A program made the position numbers and the translations under genes. A model generated the notes under the pieces. That model saw only the letters and a list, made by a program, of their open reading frames with translations. It had not been told where the DNA came from and did not search any database. A DNA stretch of 64,000 nt from Elusimicrobiota bacterium. Lineage in GTDB: Bacteria > Elusimicrobiota > Elusimicrobia > UBA1565 > UBA9628. This document shows, piece by piece, positions 9,544 through 20,067 of the stretch (position 1 is the first letter of the stretch; each line of letters starts with the position of its first letter). Location: assembly GCA_027319565.1 (NCBI GenBank), contig DAHVNA010000001.1, positions 75,526 through 139,525 on the forward strand. Reading direction: 5' to 3'.

Positions 9544-11372
9544 GGGATTTTTAATACGAGAGAAAACCAAATGAGCCAGGCGGCCATTGAAATCAGAATT
9601 AAGATGGTCCAATAGTTGGGACAATAGATAAAGTCGACGCTGAAAGCGCCTGAGGCTTTTGCGGGTTTAACAACCAGGGAGAGAAATCCATTCCAGGAAA
9701 CAATGGAAGTTTTTTTGCCGTTCCAATAAGCTTGCCAATTGCGATAAAAAGGTTCGGAAACAACCAGGGCTTTGGCCGTTTCATTCACCTCCCCGGAAAT
9801 CCGCCAATGGTTTTCATTGAGGATGTTGAGCGCGGGATTTCCCGGAAGACGTTGTTTTTCTTGATTGACAAAATAGGCGAGAGAATTGGGAGGCGAGACG
9901 GAGATAATCGAATCTGGTTTGAGAAAAACCCAATTGACTCCCAAATCCTTCATTTCCGGGGTGTCCCACTTTTGCAGATAACTTCGGCTGGCATCCGCGG
10001 CGGGACGGCCTTCGCTTCTAAAAGCGTAATCCGGAAATCCTTTAAGATAAAAGGCCTCATAACCATTGACGTTCATTACATGATACATCATCGCCTTGTC
10101 GGGGTTTCCAATAGCGGGGGAGATTAAAACCCTTCCTGGTTTCCCCGATAACGTTTGCGCGAAAAAATGGTGAGGCCGAAGATAAGGTGCGGCGTCTTGG
10201 GCCTTAACCAAGTCGCGGTTTAAGATTAAAAGCTGAAAGAAAGACAGCGCGGCTAAAATAGCGAGCGGAACTTGAGCGGATTTTTTGAAAGATTTTAAAG
10301 CGCTTCCAGCGGCACAAAAAAATCCCCAGAGGCACAGAAAAGAAAAGCGAGAAGGCGTTCTTAAAAAGTGAAGCGGCGTATGCGATAAAAGCCATGGATA
10401 GGCCGGGTTGTGTCGCCCAAGGGCCAAGAAAATTCCAGTGGCGATGAGAAGAGAAAAAAAACTAAACGGTTTTTTTAAGACTCCAAGTCCGGCCAGCAAA
10501 AGGACAATGAGCCCGGGAAAAGCGGAAGAGTTTTCCAAAATGACCGACACCGGCGTTGTCGCGTTCATGAGTCCTTTAAGCCCAAGTCCTGGCCATATCC
10601 AAGAGAGAAATTCTTTTTTGTCCACCGAATACCCGAGAGAATAAAGAAGCGTCCAATTCTCGCGAATGGAATGAAAGAGAAATTGTGCGGTCATCACCCA
10701 TTGGATGGAAGCTAAAAAGGCCGCAAAGGCGGAAGAGAGAAGAAATGTTTTGAGTAGCTCTTTGTGAAACTTGGAAAAACACGCCCATAAAAGCATCGCA
10801 AAGGCGTTGATGATCATGAATTGGGGATGGCCTGAAAAAAATTGAAGAGCCCAAATTCCGGACAGGAGAATTTTATTCTGAAAGAGAAAAGCGGTCCAAG
10901 CCCACGGCACCCAAGCGAGAGAAGCGAGAATGGTCGGAATGCCTTCGGCGATTCGACCGGTTAAAAACGGGCAGAGCCCGTAGGAAATTCCCAGAATCCA
11001 AGCGGCTTCGGACTTGAGTCCTTGGGATTTTCCTAAAAGAGCCATTCCGAGTCCCGCCCACCATAGATGAAAAAGATTTTCAAAAGAGAAGGAAAAAAGA
11101 AGCGGAAAAATTTTACCGACGACGGCCAGGGGATAAAAAAGGGCGGCTTGCGAATTAGCCGCCAAGGGAACTCCGCCAAAAATATAAGGATTCCAAAAAG
11201 GGAATTGCCCTTTTTGAAGGCAGTTGAGAGCGGTTTCCCGGAGGGGATAATGGTAAAAATAGAGGTCTCCGAAATTGAAAAGCCCGGTATGCGGAGTCCA
11301 CCAGGAAAATCCCGGTAGAAATAAGATTAAAAGAGACCAGAGAAATAAAAAAACAAAATCTTTCTTTGTCAT
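9540..11372 (-). CDS. YfhO-like multi-TM GT-C glycosyltransferase
   Basis: GDLYFYHYP, GQFPFWNPYIFGGVPLAANSQAALFYP, GHPQ, RTPSRF and C-terminal LVVSEPFYRNWQA motifs. Confidence 0.78.
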   Translation of the reverse strand: MTKKDFVFLFLWSLLILFLPGFSWWTPHTGLFNFGDLYFYHYPLRETALNCLQKGQFPFWNPYIFGGVPLAANSQAALFYPLAVVGKIFPLLFSFSFENLFHLWWAGLGMALLGKSQGLKSEAAWILGISYGLCPFLTGRIAEGIPTILASLAWVPWAWTAFLFQNKILLSGIWALQFFSGHPQFMIINAFAMLLWACFSKFHKELLKTFLLSSAFAAFLASIQWVMTAQFLFHSIRENWTLLYSLGYSVDKKEFLSWIWPGLGLKGLMNATTPVSVILENSSAFPGLIVLLLAGLGVLKKPFSFFSLLIATGIFLALGRHNPAYPWLLSHTPLHFLRTPSRFSFLCLWGFFCAAGSALKSFKKSAQVPLAILAALSFFQLLILNRDLVKAQDAAPYLRPHHFFAQTLSGKPGRVLISPAIGNPDKAMMYHVMNVNGYEAFYLKGFPDYAFRSEGRPAADASRSYLQKWDTPEMKDLGVNWVFLKPDSIISVSPPNSLAYFVNQEKQRLPGNPALNILNENHWRISGEVNETAKALVVSEPFYRNWQAYWNGKKTSIVSWNGFLSLVVKPAKASGAFSVDFIYCPNYWTILILISMAAWLIWFSLVLKIP

Positions 11373-12079
11373 TTTCCTAGAACGGCCAAACGCAAAATCC
11401 AGAAATACCCATAGGCCAATTTCCCCAGATTAAGTTTTGAAAATCCCATCTTTCGATCGACAAAGCGAATCGGTATCTCTTGTATCTTGATTTTTTTGCG
11501 CGCGGCTCTAAAGAGAGCTTCGTGGACGATGGCAGGGCCGCGGGCGCGCAGGCTTTGAGGCTCTATCGCTTGAAGGGCCTTTCGGCTCCAGGCACGGTAT
11601 CCGGAATTGGCGTCTTTAACGTTAATTCTAAGAAGAGAGCGGGCATAGAAATTAGCCCAACGGGTTAAAATCTGCCGCCCCTTAGGGCGTTCAGTGTCGG
11701 AGCCGCCTTGAATAAAACGAGAACCGATGACCAGTTCTGAATTTTCAAGGGCCTTGAGCATTTGCGGGATGGACTTGGGATCGTGGGAAAAATCCGCGTC
11801 CATTTCGATGGCGGCGTCAAAATTTTTTTCTAGCGCGTAGAGAAAAAGATCCCGTCCCGCGGCTCCGCGACCATAGGGCGGCTTTCGCTTTAATATCGAA
11901 ATTAAAGGATAGCGATTTCGGAGATTTTCGGCGATTTTGGCGGTATTGTCCGGGCTTGCGTCGTCGGCAATCAATATTTCAAGTCCGGGAATTTGGAGAG
12001 AAAAAATTTCTTCTATTAAATGCGCGATATTTTCCGATTCGCAATAAGTGGGAATGCAAACGAGAACCCGGGAATTCAT
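11369..12079 (-). CDS. Polyprenol-monophosphomannose synthase-like GT2
   Basis: IPTYCESENI, DDASPDNT, EMDADFSHDP, VIGSRF, EIPIRFVDRKMGFSKL; start MNSRVL. Confidence 0.9.
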   Translation of the reverse strand: MNSRVLVCIPTYCESENIAHLIEEIFSLQIPGLEILIADDASPDNTAKIAENLRNRYPLISILKRKPPYGRGAAGRDLFLYALEKNFDAAIEMDADFSHDPKSIPQMLKALENSELVIGSRFIQGGSDTERPKGRQILTRWANFYARSLLRINVKDANSGYRAWSRKALQAIEPQSLRARGPAIVHEALFRAARKKIKIQEIPIRFVDRKMGFSKLNLGKLAYGYFWILRLAVLGK

Positions 12080-13086
12080 ATGAGACGCTTGACAGCAGAG
12101 AATACCCGGGACTCTGAAATCGTGTTGAGGCAGCTGTTCTCTCTTGAGCAGTGAGGGCGGTAAAAGCAATCGCAGGGCTGGGCGACTATTTTTTCTCCTT
12201 GGCCGAAGACATCGAGTTCGGATGAAGAGGTCGGCCCAATGAGAACCAGGACCTTTTTTTTAAGAGCCGTCGCTATATGAAAGGCGAGACTGTCGGTGGT
12301 AATCAGGATTTCGCAAAAGTCGATCAAGGCGGCAAAGGCTTTAATGGGCATGGGGGGCGGCACTATGACGCCACTCAAGCCTTTTGAGATCGTCTTATTC
12401 CGTTTCTTTTCTTCCCGGCCTCCCAAGAGAAGAATTGGTTTTTTAAGCGCGGATAATTTTTTTAAAATCTCCCGCGATTTTGCCACAGACAATTCTTTGG
12501 AAGGCCATCGGCTTCCTGCTCCGGGGTTAAACCCGATGGCGCCGCCGCTAAGAGAATGTTTCCTCGCGAAATTGAAGGCGGTTTTTCGCTCGGATTCCGT
12601 TAGAAAAATTTGCGGGCGAGCGATTTCGCTTTTTTTAAACCGCGACAGGCCTAAAATGGAGAGCCACAGATCGAAAAAGGTTTTCCGGTTGAGCCGTTTA
12701 AGATTATCGGCTTTCTTTTTGTCGGGGTTTAAAAGGCTCATTTGATAATAGGGGGCGCTGTCATCGGTATAGGATAATTTTCCATCTTTAACGATTACCC
12801 CGGTGATTTTTGGGGAAAAGGATTCTTGGGCGGTTTGGGCGAGGGCTTTGTCTTCTTCAAGGCTGAGCGTCCAGTCAAATTTTTGCGCGATCTGTCTTGG
12901 AGCGGTGAAAATCTTTTCAATCAAGGGGTTTTGCGCGAGAAGGAACTTTGCTTCTTTTGAAGTCAACCAGAAAATTCTCGCGCGATAAGCGCAAGACAAG
13001 GGCCGAAGTAGAGCCGTTGTCCGCAATACGTCGCCCAAGGCTCCGGTTTTAACGATCAAAATCGTGATTTGTTTTTTTCTTCTCAA
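12076..13086 (-). CDS. Glycosyltransferase family 9 (heptosyltransferase-like)
   Basis: KTGALGDVLRTT, FNPGAGSRWPSKE, ITTDSLAFHIATAL, GPTS; probable TTG start overlapping the upstream TGA. Confidence 0.85.
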   Translation of the reverse strand: MRRKKQITILIVKTGALGDVLRTTALLRPLSCAYRARIFWLTSKEAKFLLAQNPLIEKIFTAPRQIAQKFDWTLSLEEDKALAQTAQESFSPKITGVIVKDGKLSYTDDSAPYYQMSLLNPDKKKADNLKRLNRKTFFDLWLSILGLSRFKKSEIARPQIFLTESERKTAFNFARKHSLSGGAIGFNPGAGSRWPSKELSVAKSREILKKLSALKKPILLLGGREEKKRNKTISKGLSGVIVPPPMPIKAFAALIDFCEILITTDSLAFHIATALKKKVLVLIGPTSSSELDVFGQGEKIVAQPCDCFYRPHCSRENSCLNTISESRVFSAVKRLI

Positions 13087-15038
13087 TGCCTTAATTCTCT
13101 CATTTTGCTGGCGGCGTAGAAAAATAAAAAGATGAACGAAAAAACGGTAATGAGAATTCCCCGCCAAACGGCGTCGGAATCATAAACCAGAAACAGAGCG
13201 GACCAGCCTTGGGGAACTTCTATTTTTTGAAACGCCTTTAAGGCCGGCTGGCTGGCAATGGGCCTGGTCGCCCCAGAAGCTTTTAAATATCCCTTCCATC
13301 CTGGATAGCGGGCTTCGGAGAGAAATACCCAGCCCGGGCGACCGTTGCCCGATATTTGATACCCATTTGCGTTTTTTAAATTCTCGACCTTGAGAGGCTC
13401 AAGCGCGATATCAGGCTTTGGAATGGCCAGTCCCGCGGGAAAAAAGTTCCCGGCTTGAGGGGAAAGAAAATAGGCGCGGCTTAAATTTTTTGATGAGACA
13501 ATTTCATACCTTTGCCAGACCAAGAGACCTTGATATTGGAGGCTTCGGGTTTGGGGAATTTTTGACGGGCTCAGCAGATATCGGATATCGGCCCAGGGCA
13601 TGATTTTTTGGGCGTGATGAAGGCCGTTTGAGCCGTAGAGAAAATCCATCAGGGCGTAGTTGTCCGCCGGAACGAGCGGTTGACCGAAATTTCCCGCCGC
13701 GGATAACTCAAAGGGGGAATTGGTCAGCCCGTAGAGGCGGCTTTTCCAATCGTAGATTCCTTGTCCCGATGTTTTTTCAAGAGCGAGCGGAGAGAGAAGG
13801 TAGCGGTTTGAACCTAAATTATTTTGCAGAAATTCCACCAGAGGACCTTTGTAGGGAAAAAATGAGAAAGGCTCAAGCGGGAAGGCCTTAAAAGCGTAGA
13901 AGGAAAGTTCCGCGGCCAGCAACACAGCCGGAAGGCAAGGAGAAACCTTAGGGATATCAATGATTCGCTGGGCGCCCAGAGCGGCGGCGAGAGCGGCCGG
14001 AACCAAGATGAGATAAGAAATGTTTCCGGGATAACGAATGAATCTTAGAAAAGGGATATGAATCCAAAGATAAGAAGAAAAAGCGTTGGCGCCAGCCAGG
14101 CTAAGAATGAGAATCAAGGATATCCATAAAAGCCAAAAGATTTTCTTTTTTAAAGGCATTTGGCTCAAACCCAGCAGGACTAAAAAAAATCCGCTGAAGC
14201 CGGCGTAAAGGCATGTCCACCAATTGACGGCGGGATTAAAACGGCTGAGCCCGCTTAAAGCCGGACTAATCCACTGAAGAAGATCAAGCGCTCGCAAATG
14301 AAATTGAAAGGCTTCCGCTTGAGTGATCCCCAAAGCTCTAACGGAATTTTGAAAGAGTTCGCTCGCGGGCACAAGAAGCGCGGCGGAAAAGCCAAGGGAG
14401 AAAACGCAGCCCGCTAAAAGCCGCAGCGAGGTCTCCAAGAATTTTCGTCGTGTCGTTAAGACAAGCAAAATGCTTGAAAAAACAGCTCCGGCCAAAAAAG
14501 GAGGATAGCCCGCGAAAAAAACGGCGCTAAGAGTCAAAGCGAAAAAAATTGGAATATCCAAAAATAAAAATAAGCCTGGAAACAATGAAAAAGAAGAAAG
14601 GTGATTGAGAAAGGGTTCGCGGCTGATGGCGATTCCGCTGAATCCCCAAATGAGTCCGGCGCAGAGGCTTGCGGGATGGGAAAAACCCAGCGAGCGAATC
14701 CATAAGTAACATAAAAAACAGGCGAGCCAGTAATGCAGGATATGAAACAGAAAAAGAGCCGCCGGAAATTTAAAGAAATCAAAAATAATGGAGGCGGGAT
14801 AGTAGAGACCGTCCTGCATGGCGGCGGCTTGCGGCATCCCGAAATAAAGATAGGGATTCCAAAGAGGCAAGCGCCCAGTCATTAATTCTTGACTGTCAAA
14901 GATTCTCCACGGATGCTGAAGATAGGTCAAATCTCCCCAAAAAGGGGATAGTCCCCTTATAAAGGGAAACAAGAATGGGGGCAAACATATAAAGGCAAAA
15001 AAAATCGCGGCCCGCGCGTAAGAGTTGTTTCGATTCAT
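13083..15038 (-). CDS. YfhO-like multi-TM GT-C glycosyltransferase
   Basis: GDLTYLQHP, GRLPLWNPYLYFGMP, FIRYP and VFLSEARYPGWK motifs. Confidence 0.78.
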   Translation of the reverse strand: MNRNNSYARAAIFFAFICLPPFLFPFIRGLSPFWGDLTYLQHPWRIFDSQELMTGRLPLWNPYLYFGMPQAAAMQDGLYYPASIIFDFFKFPAALFLFHILHYWLACFLCYLWIRSLGFSHPASLCAGLIWGFSGIAISREPFLNHLSSFSLFPGLFLFLDIPIFFALTLSAVFFAGYPPFLAGAVFSSILLVLTTRRKFLETSLRLLAGCVFSLGFSAALLVPASELFQNSVRALGITQAEAFQFHLRALDLLQWISPALSGLSRFNPAVNWWTCLYAGFSGFFLVLLGLSQMPLKKKIFWLLWISLILILSLAGANAFSSYLWIHIPFLRFIRYPGNISYLILVPAALAAALGAQRIIDIPKVSPCLPAVLLAAELSFYAFKAFPLEPFSFFPYKGPLVEFLQNNLGSNRYLLSPLALEKTSGQGIYDWKSRLYGLTNSPFELSAAGNFGQPLVPADNYALMDFLYGSNGLHHAQKIMPWADIRYLLSPSKIPQTRSLQYQGLLVWQRYEIVSSKNLSRAYFLSPQAGNFFPAGLAIPKPDIALEPLKVENLKNANGYQISGNGRPGWVFLSEARYPGWKGYLKASGATRPIASQPALKAFQKIEVPQGWSALFLVYDSDAVWRGILITVFSFIFLFFYAASKMRELRH

Positions 15039-16477
15039 GGGCAGGGAAGATGAAGGGCTTTAAGAGAGTCGCTTTGGGCTTCTGTGGGGTTGCCGCTAAT
15101 CTGCTCAAGGCTAGAGAGTGCCTTCCAATTGGAGGCGCGGCAGGGATTTTCTTGGGCGGCTTTTTTCCAATGGCGAATGGCGCTTAAGAGTTCCAGTTGA
15201 GAATGCGGGGATTTCTCTTGGGAGGAGCGAAAATCAATTTCGGCGACCAGTCTTTCAACGTCGGCATCCGGAGCCCAAAGAAGAGATTTTAGAAATTCTT
15301 GGCGGACCTCCGCTATTGGCGCATGACGGTTGAAAAGGGAGATTCCTTCCACCTTAAGTCTTTCTTCATTCCAGCGTGCCCAGGCCGGCTTAACCAAAAT
15401 TGCGGTTAGGATTAAGATAAATATTGCCAGAGGAAATCTAAAATTGCCGAGCGGATTTAATTCTGGAGGTTGAGAAACTTCGGAAGCGGCCAAATAGCAG
15501 AAAATAAAAAAGATAGCGGGAACAGAAAGAGAATAGTCCCAAAATCCAAGGATCAAAGCGGCAACAATAGCCAGGCGCTTCATGGGGGCCTTAGGGAGGA
15601 TGAGAAAAATTCCTGCCAGAAAAACAATCAGATAGGGCATTCCGCATTCCGCCGCCGTTTGGAGATAAAACTGATGGGCGTAGATTGAGCGCAGTAAATG
15701 CCCTGAGAGTTCAACGGGAATTATATAGGTTAAAACCCCGGGGCCGACTCCGAGCCAAGGCCTTTGGGCGATAGCGCGCAAGGCCGCCTGCCACCACATC
15801 CAGCGATTTTGAAAATCAAAAGCGGGTTTTTTTGCGATTAACACGAGACAGAGAGTGAAGATAAAAAAAGCGAGCAATTTTATCTTCCGGGGCATTTGCT
15901 TTTGAAAAATGAGCGCGGCGGTGGCGAGGCTAAACCATGCCCCGACGCTTTTGGTCGCCAGCAGCATCAGAGTTAAACACGCGGCTAAAAATACGCGCTT
16001 TTGTTCCCAAGCCAAAGGCAGCAAAAGAACGATAAAGGAAGCAAAGATATTGGCGTTTGGAAAAAAAGAGGCGACTTCTAAATGCCTAAAAATGAAAATT
16101 TGAACGGCGGCGTAGGCGCAGAGAATGTAGACGCTAAAAAAAATCGCTTGGTCAATTTTAGCGCGTGCACTTGGGGAAAGCGGCGACAAAAGGGGAATAA
16201 TCCATAGCCCCAAAACAAGAGATCTCCACGCGATTAAAGCTTGCACCGGAATTGGGGAAAGGAAAGCTGAAACAAAAGAGATTAGGCTTAGAAATATCGC
16301 CCATAGCAATAATGGAATTGGGGGCATTTGAGCAGCATCATTCCAGACGCGCCTTGAAATTTCAATTCCCAGGATTAGAACAGCCAAGAAAAAAACAAGA
16401 GACGCTTCTTGTTGCGTGATCAGACCGCCGAGAATAGGGCTAAGAGAAAGTAAACCCGCTAGCCAAAGAACAAGCAC
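15035..16477 (-). CDS. O-antigen ligase / O-oligosaccharyltransferase-like membrane protein (Wzy_C)
   Basis: FPNANIFA, RWMWWQAALRAIAQRPWLGVGPG, YAHQFYLQTAAECG; TPR-like C-terminus. Confidence 0.8.
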   Translation of the reverse strand: MLVLWLAGLLSLSPILGGLITQQEASLVFFLAVLILGIEISRRVWNDAAQMPPIPLLLWAIFLSLISFVSAFLSPIPVQALIAWRSLVLGLWIIPLLSPLSPSARAKIDQAIFFSVYILCAYAAVQIFIFRHLEVASFFPNANIFASFIVLLLPLAWEQKRVFLAACLTLMLLATKSVGAWFSLATAALIFQKQMPRKIKLLAFFIFTLCLVLIAKKPAFDFQNRWMWWQAALRAIAQRPWLGVGPGVLTYIIPVELSGHLLRSIYAHQFYLQTAAECGMPYLIVFLAGIFLILPKAPMKRLAIVAALILGFWDYSLSVPAIFFIFCYLAASEVSQPPELNPLGNFRFPLAIFILILTAILVKPAWARWNEERLKVEGISLFNRHAPIAEVRQEFLKSLLWAPDADVERLVAEIDFRSSQEKSPHSQLELLSAIRHWKKAAQENPCRASNWKALSSLEQISGNPTEAQSDSLKALHLPCP

Positions 16478-16480
16478 CGA

Positions 16481-18427
16481 TTAATCAGCCAGAATTTTAG
16501 GCGTGACAAAAATTAAGAGCTCATCGCGAGTGCGGACGACGTTTTTGCTCTTAAAGAGCCATCCGAGTATCGGAATATCTCCCAAGATCGGAACCTTGGC
16601 GATTTGATTGGTGACGGAATCGTGAATAAGTCCGCCGATGACGATGGTCTCTCCGTCGCGCACGAGAACGGTTGTTTGGGCGATGCGAGAGTCAATGGCC
16701 GGGGCTCCGGTCGCGGCGTTTCCAGCGACGGTGACGGAGGGTTGGCTGACATTGGGGTTGATAATCAAGGTGATTCTTCCGTCCGCGTTGATGGTTGGAG
16801 TGACCGAGAGCTGAATTCCGGTCGTGACATATGTCACGGTTTGGGTTTGGGTGCCAAGACCTCCGGCGATCACGTTAGCTGTCACGTAAGGGATTTGGGT
16901 TGTGACATTGATGTTGGCGGCTTGATTGTTTAAAGTCGCGATTTTAGGATCGGATAACACTTTAAGTTTTCCTTCTGCGGCGGCGGCAGAGAGTGTGGCG
17001 CTTAAAAACATGCTGTTGGTAATGCGGCCCAAGGTCAATTCCCCAAAAATAGTCGAGGCGGGAAGATTGACTCCTGTTCCTCTGGCGATGGCGTTGGTGA
17101 CAGTGGTCATCGCTCCGGAAGTCGGCATGGGCATCACTCCGGTCGCGCCCGCGCCGTTGGTGAGATTGGGGTTGGTGAGAAAAGGAGTTTGGGTGGTTGA
17201 GTTTAAAGAATTGGGCGGGGTAATCGTTCCAATTAAATTCTGTCCGTTTGTGCCTCCAATATTGCTGTTATTGACGCCCTGATAATCCCATTGGACGCCG
17301 AGGTTTAAATTGTTGTTGAGACTCACTTCGACGAGTTTAGTTTCAATGAGGACTTGTTTGGGACGGACGTCTAATTCTTTAACAAGCCTTTCAGTCGAGG
17401 CGACGGCCTCAAGAGGAGCGGTGACGATGAGGGAATTAGTTTTAGCGTCGGCTAACGTCGTGCCTTTAACTCCTTGAGCCTTGTTGACCGCATTAATTTC
17501 CGGAAGAATATCAGAAGCCTTTGTATAGTTGAGCGTCAAAACCTTGGTGACCGTCGCGGCGGTCGCCTGGGATTTTGTCAAAGCCGAGGGAGTGAGAATC
17601 CGCAGAATATCGTTTCCAACCTGCATCGTGGATAAATTCATCATAGCCAGCACGGTTCGAAAGGCTTCGTTAAACGGAACATGAGAGAGGTGAAGAGTGA
17701 GGTTGCCGCTGACATCCGGGCCGTAGACGATATTAATTTTAGATTTCGCAGCTAACAGCCGCAATACATCTCGGATATCGGTGTTGTCGAAATCAAGAGA
17801 GATGGGTTCCCGTGGCAGATGGCTGAGAATATCGATTCCCACGTCCGAACCGTGATGGATATGTTTTTTCTTTAAGGCGCTTCCAACTGCTTCTGGAACC
17901 GCGAGCTTGGGAAGAGAAGAGGCCGCGGGATCTAAGGGTAAAGTAGCGGGCGTTCCGGCCACGGGTTCGGTGGCTAAAGATAGGCTGACGCTGTCTATCT
18001 GCGCCTTGTCTTCTCCAATTAAAACCACGAGTTCTGAACCGTGATTGGTAACGCGGTAGGGCTCTAAATCTTTGAGATCAAAAACCACCCTGGCGACAGG
18101 CATCGGGTGATCTTTAAATTGGGCGATGCGCACGCTTTTGAGATAGCGGCCTTTGCCTTTGAGCCTTTTTTTAGGAGCCGGATAGCGCGAATTTTGTATT
18201 TCGACAACGAGTCTCGGGGGGCTTTTGAGGAGAAAGCTGTCATAAGTTTCCTGATGATTGAGCTTGATTTTAACTTCATCGGGAGAGAGTCGAACCGATT
18301 GAATCGTCGCGATTTCCGCCGCCATGATGATCGTAGGAGAAACAACTTGAAAAATGAGCAGCGTGATCATTAAAACGCGCTTAATATCGACAGTCCGAGG
18401 AAGGGCCATAATTTTTTCTCCATTCAT
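16481..18427 (-). CDS. pilQ: Type IV pilus secretin with AMIN domain
   Basis: AMIN (PPRLVVEI...VRIAQF...ARVVFDL), ISLDFDNTDIRDVLRLLA, LDVRPKQVLIETKLVEV, KVPILGDIPILGWLFK, ELLIFVTPKIL. Confidence 0.93.
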   Translation of the reverse strand: MNGEKIMALPRTVDIKRVLMITLLIFQVVSPTIIMAAEIATIQSVRLSPDEVKIKLNHQETYDSFLLKSPPRLVVEIQNSRYPAPKKRLKGKGRYLKSVRIAQFKDHPMPVARVVFDLKDLEPYRVTNHGSELVVLIGEDKAQIDSVSLSLATEPVAGTPATLPLDPAASSLPKLAVPEAVGSALKKKHIHHGSDVGIDILSHLPREPISLDFDNTDIRDVLRLLAAKSKINIVYGPDVSGNLTLHLSHVPFNEAFRTVLAMMNLSTMQVGNDILRILTPSALTKSQATAATVTKVLTLNYTKASDILPEINAVNKAQGVKGTTLADAKTNSLIVTAPLEAVASTERLVKELDVRPKQVLIETKLVEVSLNNNLNLGVQWDYQGVNNSNIGGTNGQNLIGTITPPNSLNSTTQTPFLTNPNLTNGAGATGVMPMPTSGAMTTVTNAIARGTGVNLPASTIFGELTLGRITNSMFLSATLSAAAAEGKLKVLSDPKIATLNNQAANINVTTQIPYVTANVIAGGLGTQTQTVTYVTTGIQLSVTPTINADGRITLIINPNVSQPSVTVAGNAATGAPAIDSRIAQTTVLVRDGETIVIGGLIHDSVTNQIAKVPILGDIPILGWLFKSKNVVRTRDELLIFVTPKILAD

Positions 18428-18428
18428 T

Positions 18429-18941
18429 TTAGCGTTTTTCTCCCTTCATGCGAAGGACTTGCACGTCTCCGTCTCGAGCTTTTAAATAAACAGTTTTTCG
18501 CCGCGGGTCAATATGCCCGGTGACCCCCGGAATCGCTTTTCCCTTGGAATTATAAATTTTGTTTCCTTTTAAAATAAACCCGGCGCCGTAATTGGCGTCG
18601 ATGAGAAGGGCAAAACCGGTTTTTTTGCCGACCATGAGCCCTTGGAGGATGAGATTATGAATATTAAAGTCCGCCAGTTTAAAGGGCCTTTGTGGAGAAG
18701 AAGAGCTTCCGGAAGAGGCCTTTCTAAACGGATCTCGGAGACTGGAAGCGGTATAAATCATTGACGGCGTCAGCGTTGGTTTTGCGGCAACCTGGGTTTT
18801 CGGGGCGGGCGGTGGAAGTTTTCCCGCAGTGGCGGATTGAGCCTGGGAAGATTGCTTATTTTGAGCCGGAATTGGAATAGCTGAGCCTTTCGCATTTCCG
18901 ATAAAAATTAAGGATAAGGCGAGGGCGATAAAATTTTTCAT
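18429..18941 (-). CDS. pilP: PilP-like pilus assembly protein
   Basis: Signal peptide, Pro-rich linker, LRDPF motif, position between pilO and pilQ; no lipobox Cys. Confidence 0.65.
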   Translation of the reverse strand: MKNFIALALSLIFIGNAKGSAIPIPAQNKQSSQAQSATAGKLPPPAPKTQVAAKPTLTPSMIYTASSLRDPFRKASSGSSSSPQRPFKLADFNIHNLILQGLMVGKKTGFALLIDANYGAGFILKGNKIYNSKGKAIPGVTGHIDPRRKTVYLKARDGDVQVLRMKGEKR

Positions 18942-19492
18942 GTCTTGTATTGATAAGCTAGTAAAATAAAATTGACATGCATAAGGCCGGTTTCCGCGTT
19001 CGCGGGGCCAAAAGAGACGTCTTGAATATTGAAAATTCTCTTTTTGAGCGCCAGCGCCGCGAAGAATTTGCCGATATCATGAAATTGCCCTTCGATTGTA
19101 ATCGGGTATTGAAGTTCGAAAAAATAAGGTTTAGAGATTTGTTTGCCGGGAGAAAAACTAACGACTGAAATATTATATTGCTGGGCTAGCCCGCTGAGAG
19201 TCACAAGAGTGTCGCCCACGCTTTTCGAATTGGGTATTTGTTTAGAGACTTCGTTTGTTTGTTTGTTGAGCTCATTAAGCTGGACTTTTAGATGAGGCAT
19301 CATCATGGATTGCCGCGTTGCGGTCGTAATTTTTGAATTAAGATCGGAGATCTGTTTTTGAAGGTCGGCTTCTTTCTTAGAAATAGGAACCCAAAAAAAA
19401 GCGGTGTAGAGATATCCCAAAGAAGCGACGCACAAGACGGCGGCCAAGAGCATCTTCTGCTGGTTTTGAGACAGCTTGATTTTAAGCGTCAT
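18938..19492 (-). CDS. pilO: Type IV pilus assembly protein PilO
   Basis: Single TM, coiled coil, IEGQFHDIGKFF; synteny. Confidence 0.85.
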   Translation of the reverse strand: MTLKIKLSQNQQKMLLAAVLCVASLGYLYTAFFWVPISKKEADLQKQISDLNSKITTATRQSMMMPHLKVQLNELNKQTNEVSKQIPNSKSVGDTLVTLSGLAQQYNISVVSFSPGKQISKPYFFELQYPITIEGQFHDIGKFFAALALKKRIFNIQDVSFGPANAETGLMHVNFILLAYQYKT

Positions 19493-20052
19493 TGGGTATT
19501 GTTAGTGTAGAGCGCGGTCAATGTAAAATTATAGGTTTTTTGTTCGGAATCCACCCTTGTAATCGCTCCAAGATCGATATTGGAAAATCGCCCGGAGTTT
19601 TTAAGGCGGAGCATCCATTCCGCGATATCGTCTTGGGCCGCGGCTTCTGCCGAGATGTTTAATTTAAGAGGAGACATCTGGCTTCCGCCGCCGGTCGTGC
19701 TGAGATTTTTAACCTGGATGTCGAAGGGCACGCTTCTGACAAAGTCAGACATAAAATAAGGGTAAAACGTTCTTCCTTTGATCAAGGTCGAGATGACGCT
19801 TAAACGCTGTCGAATGGCCTTGGCCTCCGATTCAAGTTTGTCGACTTCAGAGACAATGACTTCGAGCTTTTTAAGTTTCGCTTGGGCTTCGGATAGGCTC
19901 TTTTCCTCTTTAGTCATTTGTGAGTAATGGAACCAAGAGAGAAATAACAGAAACATGCAGGTGGCGGCCGCGGCCAAGGCCGCGCGGAAAAGAAGTTCCT
20001 TTTCTTTGGCCTTTGCCAGTATCTCCGCCGGAACGAGGTTGATTCTAATCAT
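19489..20052 (-). CDS. pilN: Type IV pilus assembly protein PilN
   Basis: MIRINLVP (INLLP-type motif), TM, coiled coil. Confidence 0.88.
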   Translation of the reverse strand: MIRINLVPAEILAKAKEKELLFRAALAAAATCMFLLFLSWFHYSQMTKEEKSLSEAQAKLKKLEVIVSEVDKLESEAKAIRQRLSVISTLIKGRTFYPYFMSDFVRSVPFDIQVKNLSTTGGGSQMSPLKLNISAEAAAQDDIAEWMLRLKNSGRFSNIDLGAITRVDSEQKTYNFTLTALYTNNTQ

Positions 20053-20067
20053 GAGATTTCATAAAGC